A DNA stretch of 64,000 bases, taken from assembly GCA_030770535.1 (NCBI GenBank), contig JASVEC010000013.1, positions 930,001-994,000 of the forward strand. Reading direction: 5' to 3'. Positions within the stretch are counted from its first letter, which is position 1, and every line of letters starts with the position of its first letter. Both the position numbers and the translations under genes were made by a program. The stretch comes from Batkoa obscura (taxonomy: Eukaryota). Shown here one piece after another: positions 1 through 10,624 of this stretch. The notes under the pieces are model-generated. The model was not told where the DNA came from, did no database searches, and was given only the letters and a program-made list of their open reading frames with translations.

Positions 1-3000
1 CGTTTACTCTCTCAACCATTCCGTTAGTTTCAGGATGATATGGAGCTGCAGTAGAATGCTTTATGGCCATTAGTCTAGCTAATTTCGGGAGAACCAGGTT
101 AACAAAATTGGCAGCGTTATCAGTAAGTATCACCTGAGGGCTTCCATGCCTACAAATAATATCCTCGTATATAAATTTAGATATGTGAAAGGAAGTCTGA
201 TTTGGTATTGCTTTTGCTTCAACCCACTTAGTTAGATGGTCGATAGCTACAACAATAAATTTGTTCCCTCTTACCGAGGAGGCCTCACAGAGAGGACCTA
301 TTACATCTATACTTACCGTGTGAAATGCATGTTTAGGTAAAATAAACTTATAGGCTGTAGCTTTTATTTTACTTTGTTCCCTCTTGCAAACATCGCAATT
401 ATTTATAAAGTCTTCCAAATCTGGTATCATTGATTCCCAATAGCAGGAGACTTTCATAGTATCGTATGTTTTTTGGAAGGCTGAATGTCCACAGATTACA
501 TCATGGAATTGTTGGCATGCAGATAGTCGTGAAGAAGGCCTAATATATGGAATATATGTTCCCTTAATCTTTTTATACAAGGCATTATCTCTTACAATGA
601 TATTTTGAGCGTTTTTCTCAAGCCATTGTTTGAGTTCAGGCTGCTGCTGCGGCCATTTATCTTTATTACCCAATAGATTGTACAAATCATCATCTATGGG
701 GGTAGCTAGACAAATTCTGGGTAACCTGCTAAGCCCATCTGCATTTTGATGATCTTTACCTGGTTTATATACTATATCAAAACTATACGATTGTAGTTTT
801 AGAGCCCACCTAGCTAAACGTCCTTCAGGATTAGTGATTGAATACAACCATTTTAGGGAAACATGATCAGTAATAACAGTAAAGTGAGTGCCGTAGATAT
901 ACGGTCTAAATGCCTTTATAGCATGAATAATTGCAAGGCATTCTTTCTCTGTTGTAGTGTAGTTCCTTTCGTGTTTCGACAAGGTCCTAGAGGTATAGGC
1001 TATTGGGTGTTCACAATTGTTATCATCGAGTTGACTTAAAACACCTCCAACTGCAGTTAGACTAGCGTCAGTATGTAGTGAGAAGGGCTTTGAGAAATTT
1101 GGAAACATCAATACTGGGGCGTTAAGCAGCTTGTTGCGAAGCTCTTCAAAAGCTTGTTGGTGTTCTTCCTTCCATTGAAACTTGACTTCTTTCTTTAGTA
1201 ATTGGAACAGTGGGGTAGCTAAATTCGAAAAGTCTTTTATAAACCTTCGATAATAATTCATTAATCCAAGGAATACTTGTACCTCCCGCATCGTAGTTGG
1301 GGGGAGAAGCTCCTTCACTGCATCTAGTTTATTTGGAATAGGGGCTAGTCCTTTGTCAGAGACTTTATAGCCTAGAAATTCCAAACTAGTTTGGAAGAAT
1401 GAACACTTCTTTGGTTTTAACTTTAGATTGGCTTGACGGAGGCGCTCAAATACTGCTTTAAGATGAGTTAAGTGATCTATAAAAGTTCTTGAAAACACAT
1501 TCAAGTCATCTAAGTAAATTAATACGCACGAAAGTTTAAGGTCACCTAGTGTATTATCCATAAGACGCTGGAATGTAGCGGGAGCGTTCGAAAGGCCTTG
1601 TGGCATCCTAGTTGGTTGAAATAGTCCTTCAGAAGTTATTAAAGCGCACTTTTCTTGGTCTTCTGGATCCATTTCTACCTGCCAGTATCCTGAGATTAAA
1701 TCCATTGCTGAAAAGTATTTAGCACCTTGTAATCGGTCAACCGCATCGTCTATTCTGGGTAGAGGGTATACATCTTTCTTTGTGATTTTGTTAAGCTTTC
1801 TATAGTCCATAACTACTCTATTAGTTCCATCTTTTTTCTTAACGATCATAAGGGGGGAGGCCCATGGACTATTTGAAGGAATGATTAAACCTAGCCTTAA
1901 GAGTTTTTGAACTTCTTCTCGTTCTGCTTTGAGTTCAGATTGAGATTTACGATATGCTTTAGTTGCGACGGGTAATGAATCACATGTATATACTTTATGT
2001 TTAGTATTGCGAGCGCAACCAATATCTTCTTCTGAAGTTGCGAATATGTCTTTATATTCCTCCAGCAATTTATAAAATTGGAGTTGTTCATCTTGGTTTA
2101 GATGGTTAATAGTGTCTTTTTCCACAAAAAGGGCTTGGTTATTTGGGGCCTCTTCGTGAATTTGAAATTCTTCTAGTGTTGCAAATTTACTGAAAGTATT
2201 AATCAAGGCGTTGTTTTCTACGTATATCGTGCCAATCTGTTGGCCTCTAGAGATATTGATTTCTTTTTTGGTAATGTTTGCAAGTAATAACTTGATAGTC
2301 TCATTCATGTTGTTGCCTAAAATTCCGGGCATAGTTAGTGGTTCTAATTGTGAGACACCTTCTATACTATATATAGATAAATGGAATTCCTTAGGTATCC
2401 ATAGTGAGATCTCAGTATCTAATACTATCTGTGACTTAGGCGGTATTAATAAGTTCTTAGGAGAAATAACGGGAATTCCAGACTGTTTATATGCTATCTC
2501 TGGATATTGATGAATTACGGATTCTGATCCGCAGAGAGTGACATCAATTAATTTATTGTTGGTCCGATAGTTCATTATACGGCAGCCAGGAGATTTATTG
2601 TTTATCATATTGATAGATAGGTCTCTTGGTTTATTGTAGTACATTGGGATGGATTGATCTAATATTTTTAAGATATTTTGATCGTACAACAATTGACAAC
2701 CGTGTTTCACAAAGAATTCGGTGCCTAGGAGGAAGTCATAACCTTCACTTTCTAATACTATTGCTGGAAAGGCTAAGGTTAGTTTTCCAAATTTGATTGG
2801 TATTGATGAGTATGCTCCTAGCGCTGTAGTAGTTCCAGTTCCAGCTGTACCAAAGGTGTCTGAGCAATCTATATCTGGTTTAAAGGATAATCGTTTTACC
2901 AGACGACTCGATATGAAATTGATAGGAGCTCCACTATCTAATATGATGCGTACATTCTTTTTATAAATTGACGCATTGATGTAAGTACAATCGATGGAGT

Positions 3001-3496
3001 TAGCTTTGTCATCGAGGTTTACTAAAAGAATCTGTTTATTTGGATTCTGGTATTCTCTAATAATTTTTCTAAATGCAATTGCTAAGTCTGATTCTCCAGT
3101 TAAGATCTTGTCTAGCGGGATTGGGATCGTAACATTGGTTAACCACTGATGCGTGTTATCTAGTTCGCTTTGTGTGAGGGATAGTTTAGATAAATCGGAT
3201 AATTGTGAGATGTAAGGTTTGGAGATCTCGTTCATTGGAATCGAATCAGGAGCATTAATAGAGTTATCAGGTAGCTTGAAAATTCGAGGTGGAATGACTT
3301 TAGGGATTTCCACAACAGGAACTCTTTTCTTTTTAGGTCTACCACGAATTCGCGAAGGAAGTGCTAGGATGAGGGTAGAGGGGTCAAATTTTGAAAGCGT
3401 ATTAACTTTAAGGTCTAATCCAGTGCTATCATCTGGATCAGGAGGAATTTTTAACTTCGTGGAAGGGGGATCCTCATTTATCCTCCCACTTAGAAG
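1..3496 (-). CDS. pol: Pol polyprotein (protease, dUTPase-like domain, RT, RNase H, integrase), truncated by the window
   Basis: One frame, -1 relative to gag, carries VRIILDSGAP (D codon 2936-2938), VLIYLDDLNV (Y codon 1514-1516) and integrase YHPETNGMVER (E codon 11-13). All three codons are in the same frame. The ORF track lists no stop-terminated ORF in this frame, consistent with it being open. Confidence 0.93.
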
Positions 3497-3502
3497 TTTT
3501 TT
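3459..3502 (-). promoter_or_regulatory. -1 programmed ribosomal frameshift signal
   Basis: A AAA AAC (3502-3496) in the gag frame, a 6-nt spacer TTCTAA, then stem GTGGGAGG...CCTTCCAC (3489-3459). The -1 frame is pol. Confidence 0.85.
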
Positions 3503-6006
3503 GACTCGTTATCGGAGTCGACAAACTTCTCAGTATCATCGCCTTCAGTATCGTTATAATTGAGGTGATTTATTTGTTTATTTTTATTGAAACGTTCATT
3601 GTTGCGAACATTCTTTTCGAAATAATATTTAAAAATACCATTTTCTGGCTTTGGTTCAGTGCAGTTAACGGTAATGTGTCCATATTCACCACAGTTCCAG
3701 CATCCAGTAAATACTCGAGATTTACGATGGTTGGAGTAGTGTTGTTGAGTGATGGTAAAACAATGAAGGTATTCGTTGTTGTCCATCCCTTTATCTATGT
3801 GATTAACATATAATTTCTTGGGTCTAACTTCACTTTTTGGACTTCCAAGGTATAATTCTAAAATCTCTATCATCTGTGTAACGTTGGTGATGTTATGGTG
3901 AGGATCTAGAAAAAGGCATGCGATATGACTTGGAAGGTTTCGCTGGAAGGCCAGGCGGAGGTCTGTAACGCTTAACTTTCCACAGGAAATTAAGGCATTA
4001 GCACGATTTCTTACGTTTGTAATGAAACTCTCAAGTTTATTTTCGTCGTCTAAACGTAAAGATAAGAGGGCTGCCTTTTTTGCTTCCATTTTTACATCGG
4101 AATCATAATGGTCTATAAACGCCTTTTTGAAGGAATCCCAATTACTGCGTAAGTCGTCAGGTAAAGTCATGCACCAAGAAAGTTCATTTGTTTGTAGTTG
4201 ACCTAAAAGGCATTGAGGACGACATTCATAGGTCCAGTTGTTAGCATCGAGATGAACTTCTAGAGCTTTAATGAAGGTAGTAGCAGTAATTTCACTTGGA
4301 TTGAATAAAAGACTAAAATTAAACTTTGTGTTAACAGGTTGGGAGCTTCTTGGGTAGTTGTGGCGGTGTGTTGAGAAGCTATGTGATTTTGGATCGTTAC
4401 CAGAAGGTCCAGGATGACTAAAATAAGCGTCATGGGTATTGTGTGATATACCATGATCATGTTGAACAGTAATCGGATCGGCTTGTACGTAGTGAGGTGA
4501 AGATTTCTCATAGGGTATATGTTGAGCGATTTGAGGGGCAATATGTGATGACTTATTTTTGTTAAAAGGATTGGCTAGGTTGACTTCAGCATAAGATTGT
4601 ACACGAGGTCGTATTGGATCAGCGTTAGATCCTGTAGCAGGATTTCTTGAGTAAATACCATCAGTAGGTACAGCAGTCATTCTAGGATTTGATTGGGGTA
4701 GGTATGTGGAAACTTGGGGAGAGTTCTCTTCTTTCTTTGTTTGATCATCCGGTTGTACCAAGTGAACAGACCCATGATACTTATGGTTTATTTGATATTC
4801 AGTACCAAAGATAGATTCTGTGGCACTATCACCCAGATCATACATATTGTATCTTGGAACGTCTCTGTAACTCGAGAGTCTGGAGGGAGGTGCTGAAACA
4901 GCAATACGCTCCTTTCTACAATTGCAAGAAGATGCCTTGATTTGGTTAGTATTTGAAGCTACCTTAGTCTGAAGAAGAATGAGCTCTTCTCTGGTACTCT
5001 GTATGTTACGCGAGATTTCCTCCCAGTCAACTACTGTTTGTTCTTTGTCCAGTCTAATTTGTTCCTTCAAATTATTATTGGAGGTGATAAGCTGGCTAAT
5101 GGTAGTCACTTGTTGAGCCATTTGTTCATTACAAACAGCTAAATCTTGTTCTAAAGCCAAGATTCTAGCATCTTTGGTTGAAGTAGATGGAGGGGATTGT
5201 TCAATACAGGATAAGCGGTGATTATACTCTTTGAATTTATTCATTAGCGATCTGTGGAGTTCTGCGAAAGTGGCTTTTGTTTTTCCGTCAATATCTGAGA
5301 TTCTTTCAGTAGTATGGTCATTGATCTCAGTGAGGGAAAGGTTGATCTCATCGGAGATTTTAACAAGTTCAGAATGTAGAGCAGTATCGAGCTGACGTAA
5401 TTCAGCTTTGAGATCTCCTACTTCTCTTACTAACTCTCTGTGGGCTTCATAGGTAACGGTGTTATTGAGTCTTTGATTGAGCTCATTTAACTTACTAACA
5501 TGGAGTTCATTTGAAGGGGCGATGACACCACTCTTTTGGTTACTGATCATGGAAAGGTTGTTAACCGTAGCTAAAAGTGAGCTTAAAGAGGTAGACAATT
5601 CATTGTTATGAATTGAAAGACGGTCGAGTTCACCAACCATCTGGATGAGTTTGTTGTGCAGGAACTCTACTAGATATTGTTGAACGTGGGAAAGGGTAGG
5701 TACCGTTTGGTACTGGGCACGAAAATTGATTTGAGTACTGGAGCCACTATTTTGGTATTGTCTCCAAGCGGAGAGGTCACCATCAAGGACGTGCATAGGG
5801 ACAGCTCCGTAGGTAACGACTGAGTTTACAACGTGAGGAGGTAGTGCAGCTTGATTTAAAGCAGCAGTTTCTATTTCTGGGGTCAGAACACTAGCTTCCT
5901 CTTCATCACTACTACCCATGTCGTATTCAGTGATGATCAACTGTTGACGGTTATCAAGAAGGTATTTTGAGTCCGCAAAATAAGGTACAAGACCATTGTC
6001 GACCAT
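3490..6006 (-). CDS. gag: Gag with long N-terminal coiled coil, capsid-like domain and CCHC zinc knuckle
   Basis: 838-aa ORF just downstream of the PBS. Retrotrans_gag-like segment NWDSFKKAFIDHY; knuckle CWNCGEYGHITVNC. Confidence 0.92.
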   Translation of the reverse strand: MVDNGLVPYFADSKYLLDNRQQLIITEYDMGSSDEEEASVLTPEIETAALNQAALPPHVVNSVVTYGAVPMHVLDGDLSAWRQYQNSGSSTQINFRAQYQTVPTLSHVQQYLVEFLHNKLIQMVGELDRLSIHNNELSTSLSSLLATVNNLSMISNQKSGVIAPSNELHVSKLNELNQRLNNTVTYEAHRELVREVGDLKAELRQLDTALHSELVKISDEINLSLTEINDHTTERISDIDGKTKATFAELHRSLMNKFKEYNHRLSCIEQSPPSTSTKDARILALEQDLAVCNEQMAQQVTTISQLITSNNNLKEQIRLDKEQTVVDWEEISRNIQSTREELILLQTKVASNTNQIKASSCNCRKERIAVSAPPSRLSSYRDVPRYNMYDLGDSATESIFGTEYQINHKYHGSVHLVQPDDQTKKEENSPQVSTYLPQSNPRMTAVPTDGIYSRNPATGSNADPIRPRVQSYAEVNLANPFNKNKSSHIAPQIAQHIPYEKSSPHYVQADPITVQHDHGISHNTHDAYFSHPGPSGNDPKSHSFSTHRHNYPRSSQPVNTKFNFSLLFNPSEITATTFIKALEVHLDANNWTYECRPQCLLGQLQTNELSWCMTLPDDLRSNWDSFKKAFIDHYDSDVKMEAKKAALLSLRLDDENKLESFITNVRNRANALISCGKLSVTDLRLAFQRNLPSHIACLFLDPHHNITNVTQMIEILELYLGSPKSEVRPKKLYVNHIDKGMDNNEYLHCFTITQQHYSNHRKSRVFTGCWNCGEYGHITVNCTEPKPENGIFKYYFEKNVRNNERFNKNKQINHLNYNDTEGDDTEKFVDSDNESKNF

Positions 6007-6115
6007 AGTTGAGAATTAAGGAGGTTAAGGGGGTTTTTCTTTGTTTGGGGTGGTTACGCGGTAAGGACCGTAAAGGAAAGATTATAAAGGCTATCTAAAA
6101 TAGTTATAAGAGCTT

Positions 6116-6133
6116 TCCCAGTTATGAGCGCCA
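6116..6133 (-). promoter_or_regulatory. Primer binding site
   Basis: TGGCGCTCATAACTGGGA begins 2 nt after the LTR's terminal CA and is complementary to a tRNA 3' end ...TATGAGC-G-CCA. Confidence 0.85.
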
Positions 6134-6135
6134 AA

Positions 6136-6535
6136 TGTGAAATCTGGTACTCAGGGTTTGGAGTCAAGAACAGCTATTGCTGGGTTGACTACACTATAAG
6201 TCAAAAGGTCTTAGTTTATGTGACTAAGATAGACTTGGGTTATGAGGAATAGCACGTAATAGGTTACAAGCTATATAAGACAAATAGAATAGACAATACT
6301 AATGTAAAATCTATGTAAAATACTATTAAGAAAACTTAGTGGCTTTATTAAATGTTCGAGATATCAGGGATTAATTCAGTTAAAAAGCCTCGAACTATTA
6401 TATTCTGTAAACTCTTTTATACTCTGAAAAGTATAAGTATCAAAATGAGAAGATAATATTCTTTTGGGTGGAACTAGAAATTCTCATAACAAATCAAAAT
6501 AATTAACCATGGGACTGACAAAGCGATATTTCACA
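6136..6535 (-). repeat. 5' LTR (400 bp)
   Basis: Terminal inverted repeat TGTGAAAT...ATTTCACA. Minus-strand TATAAAAG (6421-6414) precedes AATAAA (6349-6344). Homologous to solo LTRs later in the window. Confidence 0.92.
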
Positions 6536-6606
6536 ACTATGTAAAAACTTGTTACTCTCGCTTTATTTTAGTTTATTTATTCCTTTAGTTATCTGATATT
6601 ACATAT

Positions 6607-8835
6607 AGGGATGTCCGAATTGGTTTCAGGATTTAGTTAAAAATGAATCCAAATTTTAAATTTTTAAATTTGTAAGTACTTAATATATAATTGGTTAAAT
6701 TTAAAAAGCTTGAAATTAAATATAAAAAATTTAACTAAAAGACTATTTTATAATAAAACAAAAAAAGAAGAAAAATACTATTAGAGTTTACTATTGATAA
6801 TAAACTTAATCAAGCAATGTATAAAGCTAGTGCTTTAAAGGAAACAGGAAATAAAAACTAACAAGTAGTATTATTATCGACTATAGCTTCAGTATATTCT
6901 TTTGATGAATGTAAAAGTTTTGGATTTAATATAAGTAAAAAGCAATATGGTTATTCAAAAATAATTAATAATAATAAAACACCAACATTACAACCTATTA
7001 TTAAAAATACAAAAAAAATTAAAGATGAGCAAATTGAGATTATTATACAATATTTCATAATTCAACTATTTCATCAAGATTTAGTAAAAAAAACAATGAT
7101 AATAAATATTCGTCAGATAATATATATATTAAATAAAAGTAGAAGAATGATATATAGTAAATATTTTAAGGGTTTAAAAGATAAAGAGTAGCTAGGTCAA
7201 CATTTTTTAAATATATACCAAATAGTTTTAAAAATCCAGCAAGAAAAACAGATTTATATAATATATGTGCCTAGTATAAAGTTAGAAAAAAGTTATTTGA
7301 AAATAAAATAAATACAGCGATAAAAAATAAAGTAGAGATAGAAGAATCTTTTAATAAAGAAAAAAGGTTATATAAATTACATGAATTTTGTGTTGATACT
7401 CAAAATATATTTAATGAAACTATTAAAAAACTAAATAATAAAAGTTGTATAATAATTTTAGACTTTAAACAAAATATGGAAATAGGAACAAGACCAGATC
7501 CAATAAACTTAGATCATTATAATAAACAAGCTATATCAGTATTAGGGTTTGGCGTTTTGTATTTAAAAAATGATAAAACAATAGGCAAAGTTTATTTTGA
7601 TTATTTATCTGAAATATTAAATCATGATTCAGCATATGCAGGAGATTGTTTAATTGATTTAGTATCTAAAAAGCCTTTATTTAAAAAGTTTACAAAAATT
7701 AATATATGGGCAGATACAGGATATCATTTTAAATCTCAAGAGTTTTTACATCATATGTTTGAAGAAATTTATAAAATAAATAGTAGTTTAAATATTGATC
7801 TTAATTTTTTTGCTGAGCATCATGGAAAAAGTATAGTTGATGGACATTTTGGAAATCTTTCACAGTGGAAAAATAATCTTGAAGCATTAAGTAAAACAGA
7901 AGATATTGATCAATTAATTTCAAAATTTGAGATTTTTATTTGTGAACATAATAGAGTTAACAACTCAACTATTAATAATGGGAAAACAGATATAATTTTT
8001 AAAAAGTATGAAAGAAACAAAGATAAAAAAAAAAACAATAAAAATACAAGGTATTAGAAAGTATTTACATTTTGTTAAACGTGGTAACAAACTACACTGT
8101 TATCCAGTATCTGATAGATCAAAAAAAAGCGATATGATCTCAATTAAAGTTATAGAGTCTATAGAGGATAGAAAAATTAAAAGGTCAACCCCAGCTTATC
8201 TTACAAAAATAACTGAAAGTTTAAAAGTTTCAATATTTAGTAAGCAAGTAAGTAGCTTATTAGATGATAGAAATCAATTATTAAATGTTGATATTACTTA
8301 AATTAATAATAGCTAAGTTAATAAATAGTCAAAGAGCAAGTAGTTGCAATAATAAGTAAAAATTATTATTATACTACTTGTATAACATAGGGATGGTTAA
8401 TTATAGTTTTGGGGCTAACCACTCCCTCCCATGCAGCTATTTAGCAACTTAGCGATATATTAATAATGTAATTGTAACATTAAAATTATTTATTTATTTA
8501 TTTGATAGCAAATCTACAATGTTGACTATAAAACAGTTAATAATAAATATTTCTTAATAAAGTTTTATAAATGTATATATTTATTTTCATATTACAACTT
8601 TGATTAATATCACTATACAGGCTATATTAGTAAAATCCTTGCTAATCCAGGAATTTATATTAAATTTAATAGAAATTCCGCTAATTGACAACATAAATTA
8701 TAACAAAATAATTTAAAACTGTATCGGGTACTTTTGGCTTTTAATAAAGAATTTATCTTTATAAATTTTAAGCAGTTTTCAAAATATAAATATTTAAAAA
8801 TTGGATAAAAAAATGAAACCAATTCGAACACCCCC
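6607..8835 (+). mobile_element. Sola2-like DNA transposon, defective
   Basis: 22-bp TIRs: AGGGATGTCCGAATTGGTTTCA (6607-6628) and TGAAACCAATTCGAACACCCCC (8814-8835). Flanks are ATAT/ATTT and a transposase remnant lies inside. Confidence 0.8.
6780..8301 (+). pseudogene. DDD transposase remnant, Sola2-like (5' limit approximate)
   Basis: Motifs ILDFKQN (D at 7461), IWADTGYHFKS and FFAEHHGKSIVDGHFG. Stops upstream, and a frameshift in the A-run near 8030 joins ORFs 7476-8057 and 8008-8301. Confidence 0.75.
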
Positions 8836-10624
8836 ATTTGTTTATTTACAAAGTAATTTAAATAATTAAATTAATACCAGTTAAAATAGCTGATAGCTAA
8901 CTTTATTATAGTTACAATCAAAATTAATTTAATTTAACTTTAATTATTAAGTATTTTGATTTTTGGGTTTTTGAATATATTTTATATATATATAAATTTT
9001 GACATTGAAATTTTTGATGCTAAAAATTAAAACTTATAAAAAAATGCTTTGATTTTCTGGCTTTATTAAAAAAAAGTTAAGATTTATGTATTTTCCATTC
9101 TTAATTTTAATAATATTGGTCTTGAGATCGTTTTTTATTAGCTACTTTTGACTGTTTTTAAACAATTGGTCAGTAGTAGCTTGAAAATAGTTTAATTACA
9201 TACAACTTATTTTTTTAAATATAAATCAAAATCAAGTAATAATTAAAAAAACTGATTTAAAAAAAACCCATAATTAAAATAATAACAATTAAACATGGAT
9301 AGTAACGATGTTATTAATAAGCCTATAAGTACATGTATTTAATAGTTTTAATAATATTACTATGCATTTGTCTAAATTTATAACAAAATATAATTTGTTA
9401 CCATATACATGAGTTAGTTTAAAAGCTCAGTTCAATTTTTATCCAATTTAGGTCTTTAGCAAAAATTGCGAATTAAGCACAAGGTATTATGAAGTCAGTT
9501 GCTTTTTTGCTTAATTTTAAAATTACTTAAAGTAACGCTTTTTTATTCATCATTTAAAGAAAATTCAAAAATTTACACTACATAGAAAATGAACAAAAGA
9601 AGTGATATGGGAAATTTCATCCTTGATTTCCACCAAGTTTTTAAACTTACCCATATTAATGGAAAAACTAAACAGATTTCCCTCAAAAAAAGCGGTCAAA
9701 GTTTTTTTTATCAGAAAATCCCCCCTCTGATGAGGTTTTCATTAAAACAGCTTTATTTTTTACGTTATTTTTAGCAGCTGAGACCATTTGAAAATTGCTA
9801 TAAATGAATGTCTTAAAAACAGACCAGAATTAAAAATACTTTTTCATTTACTAATTTGAATTTCAAAATCAGTATGGAAATGCTTTTTTGCTTCACTACT
9901 TGTCCATTGTCAATGTTAAGTAAATGATTTTCTTGGTTAAATACCGAGATAAAAATACAGTGATGTATTCTTAGTTTAATTAAACAAATAAGTGATTATC
10001 TTTATATGAGATCTTTTTTTTTTGTTTTAGTATTATTTATTTTCTTGATTTTATGTATAGAAAATGTACAGATAAATAAAACTCAAAAAAACATGCCCAT
10101 ATGCTTTTTCATAAATTCCTGCTTTTACTATTATTTTGCCAAAGATTATAGCTTTCAATACTATAGTAAAATAAATTAGGATATATTCGATATCATCTAC
10201 TTTGTAACCTTTGAATTAATTATAAAGGAGGACACAGCTCTTTTCTTATAATGGACCCGACATTGTTGACTATAAGTTTTTATAAAGAAAAATAATATCA
10301 GCAACATACTTGTAAATTACCATTGGTTTCAGAATAATGTGGTATTTTTATCACTCTTAATGTTAATTTAAATAAACTATCAAATCTTAAACAATTTTCA
10401 CTTTATTATTCAAGTAGTCCCATTTCAAATTCTATAAAATTTTGGAGGATAATATAATTGGCTTAACGGAGCAATAGACATCCGAATTCTTTTAAAGAAT
10501 GATGAATTTATCTATCAACCTACTCAAGATAAATTAAAACATAAACACTATATAGTTTTAAAAAAACAATACTAAGTTTAAGTATAAAAGGAAACATTAA
10601 AAATTAAAAATTAAAAATTAAAAA

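Larger units (their letters stand above)
1..6535 (-). mobile_element. Ty3/Gypsy LTR retrotransposon, 5' portion (3' end lies outside the window)
   Basis: On the minus strand: LTR 6136-6535, PBS 6116-6133, gag 3490-6006, then pol with the gypsy domain order PR-RT-RH-IN running off position 1. Confidence 0.97.

Noticed and set aside
1897..4896. Small ORFs overlapping gag/pol (1897, 2211, 3219, 3565, 4260, 4714)
   Set aside because: Antisense or alternate-frame shadows of the retrotransposon ORFs, with no motifs.
6607..8835. Fanzor/TnpB-type RNA-guided nuclease in the DNA transposon
   Set aside because: No RuvC or zinc-ribbon motifs and no second ORF; the motifs fit a DDD transposase.
9290..9750. 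Several imperfect palindromes and a 61-aa ORF
   Set aside because: Possibly old MITE remnants, but no clear termini, TSD or second copy.
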